A stretch of 63,995 nt of DNA, the filler included, from Piedraia hortae CBS 480.64 (lineage: Eukaryota), in NCBI GenBank assembly GCA_010093745.1. It is 14 parts of 13 records of this genome, joined end to end, with 100 filler letters (N's around TTAATTAATTAA, not from the genome) between each part and the next. Parts side by side here need not be neighbours in the genome. Positions count along the whole stretch, not along the records: positions 60,839 to 62,236 come from MU006076.1; positions 62,337 to 63,995 come from MU006088.1; 12 more parts are not named here. One strand, 5' to 3'. The notes under the pieces were generated by a model that was given only the letters and a program-made list of their open reading frames with translations, ran no database searches and was not told where the DNA came from. The first letter of the stretch is position 1. Each line of letters starts with the position of its first letter. Below are positions 62,129-63,995 of the stretch, in pieces. Both the position numbers and the translations under genes were made by a program.

Positions 62129-62336
62129 GTCGCGGGCTATCCTATCCTTATAACTGTGTTGTGCCTTACGGAAGAGCTAACTACGCTATGGGCTGGAGGT
62201 GAGGTGTCGGGTCACGTGGCTGCGATATGGTTCCGTNNNNNNNNNNNNNNNNNNNNNNNNNNNNNNNNNNNNNNNNNNNNTTAATTAATTAANNNNNNNN
62301 NNNNNNNNNNNNNNNNNNNNNNNNNNNNNNNNNNNN

Positions 62337-62562
62337 CCTTGGCACCATCGCCGTAGCCGAGCCCCTCGACCAGCCAGGCGCGGAAGTACTCGAAGTCCAC
62401 CGTATGCTGCAAAACCTCGAGCGGATCTCCCTCCTTGCCCAAGGCATCAAGATGGTCGCTCAGACTGAACAGGGACTTGGGATCCACCACGGCTCTCCAT
62501 CATCGCTCCTGATCAATGAATCACCATAGCCCCCGAAACGCCATCGGTTTTTGCGGGTGTCC
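62337..62562 (-). mobile_element. Bacterial IS5-family element, left end and transposase N-terminus (GTG at 62490)
   Basis: End GGACACCCGCAAAAACC; LFSLSDHLDALGKEGDPLEVLQHTVDFEYFR resembles IS5-group transposase N-termini. Confidence 0.82.
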
Positions 62563-63407
62563 AGCTCGGGAAACCCTGGGTCGTCGTCAGGATCGGCTCG
62601 AAAGATGTGCCACGAGTTCATCTTCGCGACATCAATACGCGACGGAATGGTGTTCCCGCCCCCGCCCTGAGACGGGCGCGTGCTAGCCCAGTCTCCAAAT
62701 GTCAGATCGGTTTGCTGAAATCGCTGGCGGGCCGCAGCGTAGAGCCTGCGCTCCGTACCGTCCTCTTCCTGGTCTCCGACAATGTGGGTGAAGCTGTCTG
62801 GAAAGGAACTCGACATGACTACTACTTCCGCTTCAGGAAGAGCTGCTACAACTCTTTCTATGACGGGAATCGCCCATGCCTCCAGGTCCAAATAATTGCG
62901 AGACCACCCCGCGTCTACAATGACCACCGTATCATGTGGAAGCGGAGGCAGCCTAGTTATCAAGCGTGACAAGGGAACAGTCGCATCGCGCCTCTGATGT
63001 ATTATCAGTCCACGATCAAGCCTCTCAGCATTTCCGATTTGACGAATGAGAACATCTGCATTGGCTGTTGGCAGCAATACAGGGGTGGCATTGGCAAAGG
63101 ACGCCACCACATCATAGTAATGTGCGTAACCGAGTCTCTCATCGAACAGAGCATCAAACTCGTCTTGAGCCGGCCTCTTACCGCCGTGCCGGTAACGATC
63201 AGAGTCCAGAGCAAATCCGAATGGATGGTCCTCTATGGTTTCTCTGATTTTCCGTAAGGTGAACTCAAAATGGGAAGCGTTTGGCCAAGGACGAGCGGAA
63301 AATACGGGGAACAGGCTACTTTTAACAGACGGGTACAATGCGCGGTAGGCTTCGAGCTCAGCGACTCCCGTCTTTAAAAGCGGAACATATTCCCTGAGCT
63401 GTAGCAC
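62460..63407 (-). CDS. Beta-family protein (P4 beta-like, PF14350-type); native C-terminus replaced by IS sequence after about aa 281
   Basis: N-terminal YVPLLK...E..A, DAGW, SSSFP, FGDWAS..P...P.RID motifs; GTG start 3 nt after the upstream stop. Confidence 0.7.
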   Translation of the reverse strand: MLQLREYVPLLKTGVAELEAYRALYPSVKSSLFPVFSARPWPNASHFEFTLRKIRETIEDHPFGFALDSDRYRHGGKRPAQDEFDALFDERLGYAHYYDVVASFANATPVLLPTANADVLIRQIGNAERLDRGLIIHQRRDATVPLSRLITRLPPLPHDTVVIVDAGWSRNYLDLEAWAIPVIERVVAALPEAEVVVMSSSFPDSFTHIVGDQEEDGTERRLYAAARQRFQQTDLTFGDWASTRPSQGGGGNTIPSRIDVAKMNSWHIFRADPDDDPGFPELDTRKNRWRFGGYGDSLIRSDDGEPWWIPSPCSV

Positions 63408-63410
63408 CTA

Positions 63411-63899
63411 TTAACTAAGCCTGATCGCCATAGCTTGCCGCGATACTCCAAACTGGCTGGCTAGTTCAGCCACGTCCTCATCGTCCGGGTTCCCTCCGGC
63501 GCGGGAAATAGCCTGCGAGACTGCTCCGCTGGGCATCACGATTTCAGCGCCAAGCTTATTTGCCTCTGCTTCAATCTTAGATGACAGCTTCGACCGATAA
63601 AGAACCGAGTCTACTATACCCGTGTTTATTTTATCTTTGTGCAGAAGATAATGGGCTATCTCGTGTGCTATCGTGAACCTCTGCCGCTCCTTTGACTCAA
63701 ATCTGTTGATTTTAATGACGTGCCCATTGCCGTCAGGCTGTATCATTCCCGATATATTCATCGGGAGGGTCGCTAGGACTACACGGAGACCAAGCGCCTC
63801 CGCTAGCGCTCCGACTCTCACGGGGACGCTCTCGGTAAACTTATTCAAGATGCCCAACTCATCTTCGCTAATTCGATGAGTGAAACTGAATTTAGTCAG
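63411..63899 (-). CDS. ImmA/IrrE-family Zn metallopeptidase (M78), no N-terminal XRE HTH; likely start CTG 63899 or TTG 63857
   Basis: ISG, RQRFTIAHEIAH (HExxH), EAEAN...MP, C-terminal LASQFGVS...RL. GAGGA RBS-like sequence 8 nt before the CTG. Confidence 0.92.
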   Translation of the reverse strand: MTKFSFTHRISEDELGILNKFTESVPVRVGALAEALGLRVVLATLPMNISGMIQPDGNGHVIKINRFESKERQRFTIAHEIAHYLLHKDKINTGIVDSVLYRSKLSSKIEAEANKLGAEIVMPSGAVSQAISRAGGNPDDEDVAELASQFGVSRQAMAIRLS

Positions 63900-63993
63900 T
63901 GTATCGATCCTCGTCGTTGCTGGGCTTTTTCAAGCCCTCGATACCGGTATACGCGATATCGGAGAACATCGACTCCAGCTCTTTACGGAGCGG
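63892..63993 (-). CDS. 3' end of an unknown upstream bacterial gene (not in ORF track)
   Basis: Open frame PLRKELESMFSDIAYTGIEGLKKPSNDEDRYTD* running off the window; stop overlaps the probable peptidase start (CTGACTAA). Confidence 0.6.
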   Translation of the reverse strand, partial: PLRKELESMFSDIAYTGIEGLKKPSNDEDRYTD

Positions 63994-63995
63994 AG

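Overview
This window is not one locus. It is 14 contigs joined by artificial 100-bp linkers (N-run + TTAATTAATTAA + N-run). Contigs 1-13 (1-62236) come from a compact filamentous ascomycete genome with short spliceosomal introns. Housekeeping genes include RPS19, IMPDH (with an intronic snR54-like C/D snoRNA), an STL1-like sugar porter, chitin synthase, a small HSP, PET191, a lipase, PKA catalytic subunit, SOD1, TAL1, a GH72 glucanosyltransferase and COX24/mS38. There is also a NACHT/NLR gene and many decayed transposons (pogo, LINE, Gypsy, CACTA/Plavaka-like, hAT, MULE). A young Copia/Ty5-type retrotransposon with 124-bp TG...TA LTRs and a half-tRNAiMet primer site occurs 11 times, sits at many contig breaks, and has inserted into a CDK8/SSN3 kinase gene. 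The last contig (62337-63995) is bacterial: a tightly coupled operon of an unknown gene (3' end only), an ImmA/IrrE-type Zn metallopeptidase and a P4-beta-family protein, truncated by an IS5 element. That operon is the best candidate for an undescribed toxin-antitoxin or anti-phage module. All family assignments are from motif recognition by eye; no searches were run.
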